Positions 47,783 to 56,870 of a DNA stretch of 64,000 bases are shown in pieces. How positions within the stretch are numbered: the stretch's first letter is position 1; each line of letters starts with the position of its first letter. The notes under the pieces were generated by a model. The model searched no databases. It was not told the origin of the DNA and worked only from the letters and a program-made list of their open reading frames with translations. Origin of the DNA: Bacteroidota bacterium (GTDB lineage: Bacteria > Bacteroidota > Bacteroidia > AKYH767-A > OLB10). The stretch is taken from contig JBJOND010000004.1 in the NCBI GenBank assembly GCA_046052065.1, positions 5,007 to 69,006 on the forward strand. Reading direction: 5' to 3'. The translations under genes and the position numbers were made by a program.

Positions 47783-47947
47783 CGATTTAAATAGTCTTAT
47801 TAACTTTGCTAAAATAATAGTTACGACTAACCTACGCAAATGAGATTCGTCAGATTAAAATAACATTTTTTTGAACTTAAAGTTTACACGAAGATGTTAA
47901 GATTTTGTGTAACATCGTAGAAAATTTGCTGTAGCACTTCAACACTA

Positions 47948-48763
47948 ATGAGAATAGCCTTTAACAAACGAAACAGATTTATGATAAAGATTCAACAATC
48001 TTTTATTGCATTGACCTTATTATTTCTTTTAGGGTCTTGTAGAAATGTATTGGAGGTGACTTATTTTCAGCAATCTAAGGACACCGCGGTAGTAAGCAAA
48101 CAAAAATTTATTGAAGAACATTATGTCACAGTAATACAACCTTACGATATTTTATCCATTTATGTTAGCAGTTTAAATCCGGAGGCTACAGCATTCTTTA
48201 ACGTGTTTAACAAATCAGAAGGACCAACAGTTGGAGACAGCTACTCTACTCGACCCAATGTTGGCTATTTAGTGGATGCCGAAGGAAATATTGATATGCC
48301 ATTGGTTGGAAAAATTAAATTAGTAGGCTTATCGACAATCCAAGCAAAGGACTATATCCAAAAGCAATTGGAAAAATACTTGCAACAGCCAAGCGTAAGA
48401 ATTTACTTTGAAAACTTCAAAGTAACTTTACTTGGGGAGGTTACGAACCCTGGAGTTTATACAGTTACCAATGAAAAACTCACATTACCCGAGGCAATTG
48501 GATTAGCTGGCGACTTATCTATTTATGGAAATAGAAAAGATGTAATGCTTATTCGCGAAGTAAAAGGAGAAAAGATTTACATCCCTATTGACTTAACCAG
48601 AAGAGATTTGTTTTATTCGCCATATTACTACTTGCATTCAAATGATATTTTATACATTCCTCCAGTGAAAGGAAAAGTATCTCAGTCAGACAACTTCTAT
48701 AGAGTAGCTCCTTTACTTATTAGCTTAGCAACGTTAGGCGCATTTGTGTTATTTCGCAGATAA
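47948..48763 (+). CDS. wza: Polysaccharide export outer membrane protein (Wza family)
   Basis: 271 aa with a lipobox LLGSC; the alternative start at 47981 gives MIKIQQSF... It has a Poly_export motif (YDILSIYV ... GNIDMPLVGKIKLVGLSTIQAKDYIQKQL) and an SLBB-like segment. Confidence 0.85.
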   Translation: MRIAFNKRNRFMIKIQQSFIALTLLFLLGSCRNVLEVTYFQQSKDTAVVSKQKFIEEHYVTVIQPYDILSIYVSSLNPEATAFFNVFNKSEGPTVGDSYSTRPNVGYLVDAEGNIDMPLVGKIKLVGLSTIQAKDYIQKQLEKYLQQPSVRIYFENFKVTLLGEVTNPGVYTVTNEKLTLPEAIGLAGDLSIYGNRKDVMLIREVKGEKIYIPIDLTRRDLFYSPYYYLHSNDILYIPPVKGKVSQSDNFYRVAPLLISLATLGAFVLFRR

Positions 48764-48792
48764 CATTATTAAATACAAAATCAACCATTACG

Positions 48793-51267
48793 ATGAACCA
48801 GGAGAATCCAAACGTGCACGATTACAAAATAAACAACCCCAATAACGAACAACAGAATGAAGGCGAAAACACCATTAATATTTCGCAAATAATTAATAAG
48901 TATTTTTTACGCTACTGGTACCTTTACATCTACACATTAAGTATTGCTTTAGTTTCTGCTTACTTTTATAATTGGTACGCAGACAAAGTCTATTTTTCTT
49001 CTTGCACTGTATTAATTAAAGATGAAAAGAAGAATGTTAACAGTAGTGATCTATTAACTCAACTAGGTGCTTTTAACAATGAAGGTGGAATTGAAAATGA
49101 AATCGGCATCATACGTTCAAGAATGCTTATTTCAAAAACAATTGAAGACTTACAATTATATAAAAGCTATTATTTAATTGGAGATTTAAAAACATCAGAA
49201 GTTTTTGCATTAAAACCATTTGATCTAAAAGAAGACACATTATATAGTCTGGCCTACAATGCTACTATTAATCTTGAAATATTAAGTAGTAACAAATACA
49301 AACTCTCTTATCAAAAAGGAAATGTAGAGCATATTGGATACTACCTGTTCAATCGAAAAATCAGCAATGATTTAGGAATATTTTCAATTGATAAGACTTC
49401 AGATTTTAGCCGACAACCTTACGATTCGAAAAACTTTTCGAAGCGAAAATTTATCATTCGTTTAGCTGACAAAAACATGCTAACCGATATTTATCAAACT
49501 GCCTTAAAAGCTGAACCTATCAGTAAGCAAGCATCGATGCTTCAGATTTCTATTCAAGGAGCCACGCCATCAAAGAATGAAGCTTTCTTAAATAAGCTTT
49601 GCGAGCTTTATGTTATGAAAGGAATTGAAGTAAAGAATGAATACGCGGTAAACACACTTAATTTCATTGAGCAACAATTAGGCGCATTAACGGGAGAAAT
49701 AAATGAGAATGAAGTTAACGTAGAAAAATTCAGAGTATCTAGAGGAATTACTGATTTATCAATTGAAGCAAATGCCTATTTAGAAAGTGTAAAAAACTTC
49801 AATGGTCAAATTTCACAATTGGCAGTACAGAGCAGTTTCTTAGACTATCTAGGAGATTATGTAAAAACAGATAGCAAAAATTTAACTGGAAATATATCAC
49901 CAGGAAGTATTTTAGTTAACGACCCGCTTTTACAAAGTTTGGTTCTTAAGCTTAATGAACTAGAGAATAAGAAAAAATCTCAGTCCAACCTATCCAAAGA
50001 AGATAACCCTTTGATGGTAAGTTTGAATACAGAGATTGCAACCACCAAAGCAGCATTATCAGAAAATATTAAATCGTTAAAAAGTGGAATCACCGCCTCG
50101 CTTAATGAATCTAAAACTCAAAGAAGTGAAGTTGAAGATAAATTAAGAAGGTTACCTACTGCTCAGCGCGAGTTGCAAGGAATGTTAAGAGGATCCAACA
50201 TTAAAGAACAACTTTATTCTTACTTACTACAGAAAAAAGCAGAAACAGCAATTTTATTGGCCTCAACAACTGCCGATAATCGTGTGATTGATAACGCAAG
50301 AACATTCATAAAACCACTCAAGCCAATAAAGAGTTTAAGCTATACTATTGCTGTTTTATTCGGATTAATTCTACCTGCATTATTCATCTACATCAGAACA
50401 GCTTTTAATGATCGTATTATCGACCGTAACGACTTGGATGCAAGAACGAATATTCCGGTAATTGGCATGATAGGATTAAGCGCATCGAAATCAAGTTTGG
50501 TCGTAACTGAAAAACCTAATTCCCATATCTCTGAAGCATTCAGAACCATCCGTACCAACTTACAATACTTCAATCAAGGAAATCAAAAAGCGACTATTCT
50601 AGTAACATCGTCTATTTCTTCGGAAGGAAAAAGTTTTACATCCGTAAACCTTGCTTGCATGATGGCAATGTCGGGACGTAAAACAATTCTTGTAGGTTGC
50701 GACTTACGTAAGCCGAAAATTACAATTGGCTTTGACTTCGTTTCTGAAATTGGTTTAAGTAACTATTTGATTGGATTAAATTCTGAAAAAGAAATTATTC
50801 AAAACTCGGGTACAATTCCTAATCTGGATATTATCTTGTCAGGGCCTAAGCCTCCTAACCCATCTGAATTAATCATATCACCTAAGATGGATGAGTTATT
50901 TGTTTATCTGAAAGCAAACTACGACTACATTATTTTAGATACTCCGCCAATTGGATTAATTACCGATGCCATGGTATTATCGAAATATGTGGATGTAAAT
51001 ATTTATTTAGTTCGTCAGCGTGTAACTAGAAAGCAACACTTGGGCTTTATTAACAAACTATACAACGAAGGCAAACTGAAGAATGTATGCATTGTACTTA
51101 ATGCAATTAAATCTTCCAGCAGCACTTATGGCTATGGTTATGGTTATGGTTATGGTTACGGATATGGCTACGGGTATGGTTACGGGTATTACGAAGAAGA
51201 TAAGGAAAAGAGAAATTTAAAATCTACTATTAAAAAGCTTTTTAAACGAAAGAGTTCCAAAGCCTAA
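48793..51267 (+). CDS. wzc: Wzc-type chain-length determinant / BY-tyrosine kinase fusion
   Basis: 824 aa. It has a Wzz-like periplasmic region between two TM helices and a kinase domain. The kinase carries Walker A SSISSEGKSFTS, Walker A' VGCDLRKP and Walker B YIILDTPP. The C-terminal Tyr cluster is (YG)10YY. Confidence 0.9.
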   Translation: MNQENPNVHDYKINNPNNEQQNEGENTINISQIINKYFLRYWYLYIYTLSIALVSAYFYNWYADKVYFSSCTVLIKDEKKNVNSSDLLTQLGAFNNEGGIENEIGIIRSRMLISKTIEDLQLYKSYYLIGDLKTSEVFALKPFDLKEDTLYSLAYNATINLEILSSNKYKLSYQKGNVEHIGYYLFNRKISNDLGIFSIDKTSDFSRQPYDSKNFSKRKFIIRLADKNMLTDIYQTALKAEPISKQASMLQISIQGATPSKNEAFLNKLCELYVMKGIEVKNEYAVNTLNFIEQQLGALTGEINENEVNVEKFRVSRGITDLSIEANAYLESVKNFNGQISQLAVQSSFLDYLGDYVKTDSKNLTGNISPGSILVNDPLLQSLVLKLNELENKKKSQSNLSKEDNPLMVSLNTEIATTKAALSENIKSLKSGITASLNESKTQRSEVEDKLRRLPTAQRELQGMLRGSNIKEQLYSYLLQKKAETAILLASTTADNRVIDNARTFIKPLKPIKSLSYTIAVLFGLILPALFIYIRTAFNDRIIDRNDLDARTNIPVIGMIGLSASKSSLVVTEKPNSHISEAFRTIRTNLQYFNQGNQKATILVTSSISSEGKSFTSVNLACMMAMSGRKTILVGCDLRKPKITIGFDFVSEIGLSNYLIGLNSEKEIIQNSGTIPNLDIILSGPKPPNPSELIISPKMDELFVYLKANYDYIILDTPPIGLITDAMVLSKYVDVNIYLVRQRVTRKQHLGFINKLYNEGKLKNVCIVLNAIKSSSSTYGYGYGYGYGYGYGYGYGYGYYEEDKEKRNLKSTIKKLFKRKSSKA
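51127..51192 (+). repeat. In-frame TAYGGN hexanucleotide repeat encoding (YG)10-YY tail of Wzc
   Basis: The reading is tat ggc tat ggt tat ggt tat ggt tat ggt tac gga tat ggc tac ggg tat ggt tac ggg tat tac, read directly from the sequence. Confidence 0.95.
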
Positions 51268-51283
51268 CTTTACAAAGTAGACA

Positions 51284-52633
51284 ATGAAACAAATTCGTGC
51301 TAAACTAAAATCTGTTTTAGACGGAGAAACACAAACACTTTTCAAAAACAGTTCGTGGGTATTTGTATCTAATGCATATGGTGTATTGCTCGCGTTCCTG
51401 CGTTCAATTGTTATTGCTCGCGGTTTAGGTGCCGAAATGCTAGGGATCTACTCAGTGATAATTGCTTTCGTTCTAACAATACAAGAAGTAATTAAATTGA
51501 ACGTTCCTTTAGGAATTATAAAATTCGGAGCTCAATTTATTTCCCATAAGTCGCCAGAAAAAGTTGTTAGCCTACTAAAAAGAGGTGTTACCTATAGCAT
51601 GCTTTCGGCATTGTTATCGGTAATAGTTATTGCTATAATCACACACTTTTTATATCCACACTTTTTTGATATTGAAGGATTACAAAAATTCATCATACTG
51701 TATGCAATAGTAAATGGTATTTGCTTTTTGGATAATATAGGCAGAGCGATATTGAAAATTTATTACCGATTTAAAGTGAATTCAATTGTTCAAATGGTAA
51801 TGGATACAGTAGAGTTTACTGCAATAACATTCTCAATCTATTATTTCCCAAACAATCTTGATTATTTCTTCTATACTGTACTTGCAACCAAATTATTGAA
51901 CTCAGTAATTTGTAATTTATCCGTGCTAATAGAATTAAGAAAAGATTTATTACCCTATTTTAAAACCCCTGTTAATGCCATTGAAAGTCATTATACTGAA
52001 ATCAAACATTTTATTTTTGGACATTCATTTGGAAACACCTTGAAAACACTATTAAACCAAGGTGATGTTTTATTGCTGAATATTTGGGGTAGTCATGCAG
52101 CAGTTGGATTGTATATCGTTTCAAAAAAATTAGCCTATGCAATTTTAGCAGTTACAGATCCATTAGTAACTTCGGTATATCCACAATTTGCGCATCTTGT
52201 TTCTCAGAAAAAATTCTCGGAATTAAAACTCATGATTAACAAAATAACTAAGCTTGCTTTAATACCTGTTACTTTTTTCTTAGCATTTGTTTTTATCTTT
52301 AAAGGACATATTATCACGTTGATTTATGGAGAAGAATTTCGGGCTGCGGCAAGTACATTCTTTATTCATTTCATTGGAGCTGCGCAAGGATCTTTGTTTT
52401 TTTGGTGCTTACCAATGATTCAGGGATTAGGCCTTACCTACCTTCGTTTAAAAAGTTATGTTATTGCAATCATAATTGACCTGATATTAGCTTGGACATT
52501 AACACCTCAATTTGGAGCCAATGGGGTTGCAATAGGATTATTAGCCGCTAACTTAACTACAACTGCCTATTTCGTATATTACACCAATAAAAAGATTAAT
52601 TCGGAAATCAACTTATCGCTTTCCACAACTTAA
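51284..52633 (+). CDS. wzx: Wzx-type oligosaccharide flippase (MOP superfamily polysaccharide biosynthesis protein)
   Basis: 449 aa with about 12-14 TM helices. Its position directly after wza-wzc fits a flippase. Confidence 0.75.
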   Translation: MKQIRAKLKSVLDGETQTLFKNSSWVFVSNAYGVLLAFLRSIVIARGLGAEMLGIYSVIIAFVLTIQEVIKLNVPLGIIKFGAQFISHKSPEKVVSLLKRGVTYSMLSALLSVIVIAIITHFLYPHFFDIEGLQKFIILYAIVNGICFLDNIGRAILKIYYRFKVNSIVQMVMDTVEFTAITFSIYYFPNNLDYFFYTVLATKLLNSVICNLSVLIELRKDLLPYFKTPVNAIESHYTEIKHFIFGHSFGNTLKTLLNQGDVLLLNIWGSHAAVGLYIVSKKLAYAILAVTDPLVTSVYPQFAHLVSQKKFSELKLMINKITKLALIPVTFFLAFVFIFKGHIITLIYGEEFRAAASTFFIHFIGAAQGSLFFWCLPMIQGLGLTYLRLKSYVIAIIIDLILAWTLTPQFGANGVAIGLLAANLTTTAYFVYYTNKKINSEINLSLSTT

Positions 52634-52639
52634 TTCAAT

Positions 52640-53383
52640 ATGACTATTAAAAACGCAAGTACGATGTTAGCAGCATTAAAAAACCCAATAGCTGCTATAA
52701 AATTTAAACTCGGAAATAAGTCTGCAATGCATGATGCTGTTATATTGGACAGCGTAAAACATTTATGGGGCCCAAATGCAGATTTAACACCTTGGAAAAA
52801 CGCATTGAAAGAACTTAAGAATAACGATTTAATAGCCCCTAATAAAAACATACATCAAACCATAGTTGGCAATAATTTAAATACCACATTTGGAAAATGG
52901 ATTTATTGCTGCATAAGAGTTACTAAACCCAATACAGTTATAGAAACAGGTGTTGCACACGGTTACTCTTCATGGATTATTTTGAATGCGCTTAACAAAA
53001 ACAATAAAGGTGTCTTGTATAGCATCGACCTTCCTAACAACGATACAAATAGCGATTATAATTTTAAAGAACAACCAACCACTGGATGGCTTGTCCCTGA
53101 TACATTAAAAGATCGTTGGAAGCTTAATTTAGGTGATGCTAAAGTTTTACTGCCTGAAATACTAAACGAAATAAAAGATCTCGATATCTTTTTTCATGAT
53201 AGCGATCACAGTTACGAACACATGAAATATGAATTTGAAACCTCATATCCATTTATTGTAAACGGAGGACTCTTATTAAGCGATGATGTGCATAAAAATG
53301 TAGCATTTTCAGAATATGTAGCTACTAATAATTTAAAAGCACTTCAGTTTAATAAAGGTGGAGCTGCTATAATTAAAAAATAA
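52640..53383 (+). CDS. Class I SAM-dependent methyltransferase (TylF/Methyltransf_24-like)
   Basis: 247 aa. Motif I VIETGVAHGYSS, a metal/acid cluster FFHDSDHSYEH, and LLLSDDV. Confidence 0.7.
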   Translation: MTIKNASTMLAALKNPIAAIKFKLGNKSAMHDAVILDSVKHLWGPNADLTPWKNALKELKNNDLIAPNKNIHQTIVGNNLNTTFGKWIYCCIRVTKPNTVIETGVAHGYSSWIILNALNKNNKGVLYSIDLPNNDTNSDYNFKEQPTTGWLVPDTLKDRWKLNLGDAKVLLPEILNEIKDLDIFFHDSDHSYEHMKYEFETSYPFIVNGGLLLSDDVHKNVAFSEYVATNNLKALQFNKGGAAIIKK

Positions 53384-54553
53384 GTGAATACAGTTTACAT
53401 CTACATATCACCTTACGACATTCTTCGACCTAGAACAAACCAGGTAAGCGATGTTCGTTTTTGTGATGGATTTTTGCAGAATGGCAGAGTCATTCATCTA
53501 GTTGTTCCTTTCGTTAAGCGAGAAGACAATATTTCAAAAGAGGAAGTCCCCCAAATCTATGGTGTATCAGATAAACTAAATATTCATTATTTAAAAACTG
53601 ATTTTAAGTCAGATGTAAGCGGCAAAATAAACTTATTTAAAATTATCATTCTAAATTATCTTCAGATAAGAAAACTTACAAGAGATAAAAAATGTAATTA
53701 TGTAGTTATTTCAAGAAGTATTGCCATTCTATTTCCGTTCTTAATAACAAAAGCTTTTAACAGAAAAAAATTGAAATTCACCTATTGGGCTCATGACTTT
53801 AGCAAGAAAAAACTATTCCGTTGGGCTTATGGACTATGTGATAATATCATTGGAACTAATTCATCAATTATCAACTCGATTAATAAATCAACTAACTATC
53901 CAATAAACAGAACAATCATTTCTTCGAATCCAATTACGCAAAATCAGGCGGATGATTATATGGAGAAAATAGCGGCAAGAACTATTCTTAAAATTGATTC
54001 TAAAAAACCAGTTGTTGTTTATACCGGTAAACTTGCAATTGATTACAATCTAGAAATAGAATATATACTTAAGGCTGCTAAAAAACTACCAGACTATACA
54101 TTTATTTTCACTGGAGGAAAACCAATCGCAGTAGATTATTGGAAAGGATGGTGCAATGAAAAAGGGATTAGCAATGCAAAATTCACAGGTTACATTAACG
54201 ACTATCAAAAAATCAAGTATTATCAGTTTGCTGCAGATGTTCTTGTTTCCTACTATACAAAACAAGGACACGATGTAAGCTATAACTTCCCAAACAAAAT
54301 TTGTGAATATATGTTAACGGGCAATCCGATTATAACTCCCAACTACCCTGCAACACAAGATATATTAAATGAACATAACTGCTATTTTACAGCACCAGAA
54401 AACGAAACTGAATTAGCCAAGACAATAAAAATAGCGATTGAAGATAAAGAAAAGTCGACGGCCATTGCTAATCAAGCAAGGTTTGATGTTAAACAAAACA
54501 CTTTCAAGATCAGAGTCTCAAGCATCATTAATTTTTTAGAAAGCAATGAATAA
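53384..54553 (+). CDS. GT-B fold glycosyltransferase (GT4/GT1-like)
   Basis: 389 aa with a GTG start. The C-terminal half carries a GT-B type acceptor/donor motif (FPNKICEYMLTGNPIITPNYPATQDIL). Confidence 0.6.
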   Translation: MNTVYIYISPYDILRPRTNQVSDVRFCDGFLQNGRVIHLVVPFVKREDNISKEEVPQIYGVSDKLNIHYLKTDFKSDVSGKINLFKIIILNYLQIRKLTRDKKCNYVVISRSIAILFPFLITKAFNRKKLKFTYWAHDFSKKKLFRWAYGLCDNIIGTNSSIINSINKSTNYPINRTIISSNPITQNQADDYMEKIAARTILKIDSKKPVVVYTGKLAIDYNLEIEYILKAAKKLPDYTFIFTGGKPIAVDYWKGWCNEKGISNAKFTGYINDYQKIKYYQFAADVLVSYYTKQGHDVSYNFPNKICEYMLTGNPIITPNYPATQDILNEHNCYFTAPENETELAKTIKIAIEDKEKSTAIANQARFDVKQNTFKIRVSSIINFLESNE

Positions 54554-55472
54554 ACTTTCAAAATATTTGAGTTATGGTTATAACACTAAAGTAGGTAAAT
54601 TAGCTAGCCTTATTTTACCCGAAAATATTTCTATTTACTTCAACGATTTAACTAATGACACAGCATCAAATCATATCTCAAATGATTTAATTAGTTTAAA
54701 TCAGATTAAATCTAATAATTACTGTGTTAATCAAATAAAAGACATTTGTCAAAATTCAAATTTGGAAGGTGTTTTTAGTTGTTATGTTTTTGGAAGCATA
54801 GCAAGCAATGATACAAACTCATACAGCGATTTTGATGGGATTTTAATCTACGACGAGCATAAATTAAATAGCAACAAGCAAATCTTTCAGCTGCGACGAC
54901 TAATCAAAAAAATCAATTTATATTCACATCTACAAGATAGTTTACAGCATCACGGAATTTTAGTTATTGGAACAAATGAATTGGCAAACAAAAATGATGA
55001 ACTAATTTTCAATCTACTAAAAGAAGCATTGTTAATATACGGTGGGCCAGCTCAGAGTAAACCGCAAGAAAACAGAAACTGTTACACTGGTCCATTTATT
55101 AAACTTAAAAAAAGTATTCTTCATAAATTAAACAATGAAGAGAAATGGGACAACCAATACTACTTTAAAAATATGCTCAGCGAATTATTACTATACCCCT
55201 GTTCATATTTGCAATTTAAAAACCAGAAATACATTTCTAAAAAAGATAGTTTTGAAATGATTAAAGACATCTTCAACAAGCAAGATGTTCAAACAATAAA
55301 TCAATTAGAACAAATCAGGCTAAATTGGAAACAGGAAAAATTGAACGAGTCGTCAATTAATCAACGTACCATTGCCTCCTTTAAAAAAACACAAAAGACC
55401 TCAATAAAAGATATTGATACGATGAAATCAATCAAGTTAAGACTGATTGAATTACTAAACAGTAAAGGATGA
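54546..55472 (+). CDS. Divergent nucleotidyltransferase-fold (Pol-beta/ANT-like) protein, paralogue 1
   Basis: 308 aa. The NTase signature is YVFGS(84)IASNDTNSYS-D95-F-D97-GILIY, followed by SLQHHGILVIG and LLIYGGP. It overlaps the upstream GT by 8 nt. Confidence 0.6.
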   Translation: MNKLSKYLSYGYNTKVGKLASLILPENISIYFNDLTNDTASNHISNDLISLNQIKSNNYCVNQIKDICQNSNLEGVFSCYVFGSIASNDTNSYSDFDGILIYDEHKLNSNKQIFQLRRLIKKINLYSHLQDSLQHHGILVIGTNELANKNDELIFNLLKEALLIYGGPAQSKPQENRNCYTGPFIKLKKSILHKLNNEEKWDNQYYFKNMLSELLLYPCSYLQFKNQKYISKKDSFEMIKDIFNKQDVQTINQLEQIRLNWKQEKLNESSINQRTIASFKKTQKTSIKDIDTMKSIKLRLIELLNSKG

Positions 55473-56869
55473 TTAAAATAGCATTTATAGTCGATAAAGG
55501 GTTTATGCAATCAATCGTAGAGAGATGCAGAAAACAACTATTATCTGATTTTAATTGCAGCATTGATAGTATTCAGTGGAACCATGATTTACGAAAAAAC
55601 TTTCCAAAAGCGAAAGTGTATGATTATGTAATTAATTTCACCACCCATACGTTTTTTAAAAAAGAGTATGATCTTGACAACTTAATTCAAATCCCAATTA
55701 TTTCTAATTTAAGAGCAGGTGTTTCTCGTGAACTTTATCAAGGTATAATTAATAATAGCGAGAGTTTCTTAATCAACACAATAAAATCATACGCAGGCAA
55801 ACAATCTATTCAAATTCATGAACATCATTATTTAATCATTCATCATTCCTATAATCGTTCATTTAAGTTTATTAGTGATAAAATACCTGCATTATTGGTT
55901 GAATCTATCAAGCGATACAAAAATACCAATCAAATAATCTGGCAAGATAACCATCCTAAATCGATACCAACAAGACAATACAACTTTGCAATTTTTCTAA
56001 ACAAAATAAAGCACTATCTGAAAACATATTTTACCTACCACTATTGGAAAACAGGTATTATTGATAGTACTATTTCAGAAGTAATAAAGAATAAAACACT
56101 TTTAAAGCAACCAAAGTGGATTTATACAGAAAACAAACGAGACTTTATCGCTGACCCATTTGGATTCACAACGAGCAATGGTGATTATATTATCTATGAA
56201 AAATTTAATTCAATAACTAGAAAAGGACATATTGAAGTTGCAGATAGAATAACACATAAAGTTGTTTTTAAGTTAAAAGCAAACTTTCATTTCAGCTATC
56301 CTTTTGTATTTGAAGATAAAAATGAGATTTACATTATTCCTGAAGTACATCAAACCAATTCTATTGATTTGTATAAATGGAATGACGATAAACAAGAAAT
56401 GATATTGGTTAAGACCATGATTGATGATTTTCCTGGTGTAGATAATTCCATATTGAAGCACAATAATAAATACTGGCTGTTTTGCACAACATCAAAACAT
56501 AAAATGTCGGATCATCAGTTAAACCTTTTTTATGCAGATGAACTTACAGGAGATTGGACACCGCATCCACTCAACCCTATTATCACATCTATTGTAAGTG
56601 CACGACCTGCTGGTAGTTTTATAAAATCAGGAGATAAAATAATTCGACCATCACAAAACAGCGGATTAACTTACGGAAATAAAATAGTATTGAATGAAAT
56701 AACTGAACTAACTGAAACAACCTATTCAGAAAAAAGAGTTGAAGTAATTGCACCAGAAGATTTCAAAAATAAAAATATTGTTGGAGTACATACCATTAGT
56801 ACCATAGGCAATTATACTTTAGTAGATGCTAAGTTCACAGGATTTAAAATTGGAAAACTTCATTTTTAA
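55469..56869 (+). CDS. Two-domain protein: unassigned N-terminal alpha/beta domain + C-terminal beta-propeller-like domain (GH43/DUF377/GINT1-like by recall)
   Basis: 466 aa with an ATGA overlap with the upstream gene. C-terminal blade-like motifs: FIADPFGF, HFSYPFVFEDKNEIYIIPE, NNKYWLFCT, GDWTPHPLNPI and RPAGSFIKSGDKIIRPSQ. Confidence 0.5.
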   Translation: MIKIAFIVDKGFMQSIVERCRKQLLSDFNCSIDSIQWNHDLRKNFPKAKVYDYVINFTTHTFFKKEYDLDNLIQIPIISNLRAGVSRELYQGIINNSESFLINTIKSYAGKQSIQIHEHHYLIIHHSYNRSFKFISDKIPALLVESIKRYKNTNQIIWQDNHPKSIPTRQYNFAIFLNKIKHYLKTYFTYHYWKTGIIDSTISEVIKNKTLLKQPKWIYTENKRDFIADPFGFTTSNGDYIIYEKFNSITRKGHIEVADRITHKVVFKLKANFHFSYPFVFEDKNEIYIIPEVHQTNSIDLYKWNDDKQEMILVKTMIDDFPGVDNSILKHNNKYWLFCTTSKHKMSDHQLNLFYADELTGDWTPHPLNPIITSIVSARPAGSFIKSGDKIIRPSQNSGLTYGNKIVLNEITELTETTYSEKRVEVIAPEDFKNKNIVGVHTISTIGNYTLVDAKFTGFKIGKLHF

Positions 56870-56870
56870 T

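Noticed and set aside
51127-51192. Tandem hexanucleotide repeat considered as a possible CRISPR-like or non-coding satellite
   Set aside because: It is in frame within Wzc and encodes the (YG)n tyrosine-kinase tail. There are no spacers and no repeat-spacer periodicity.
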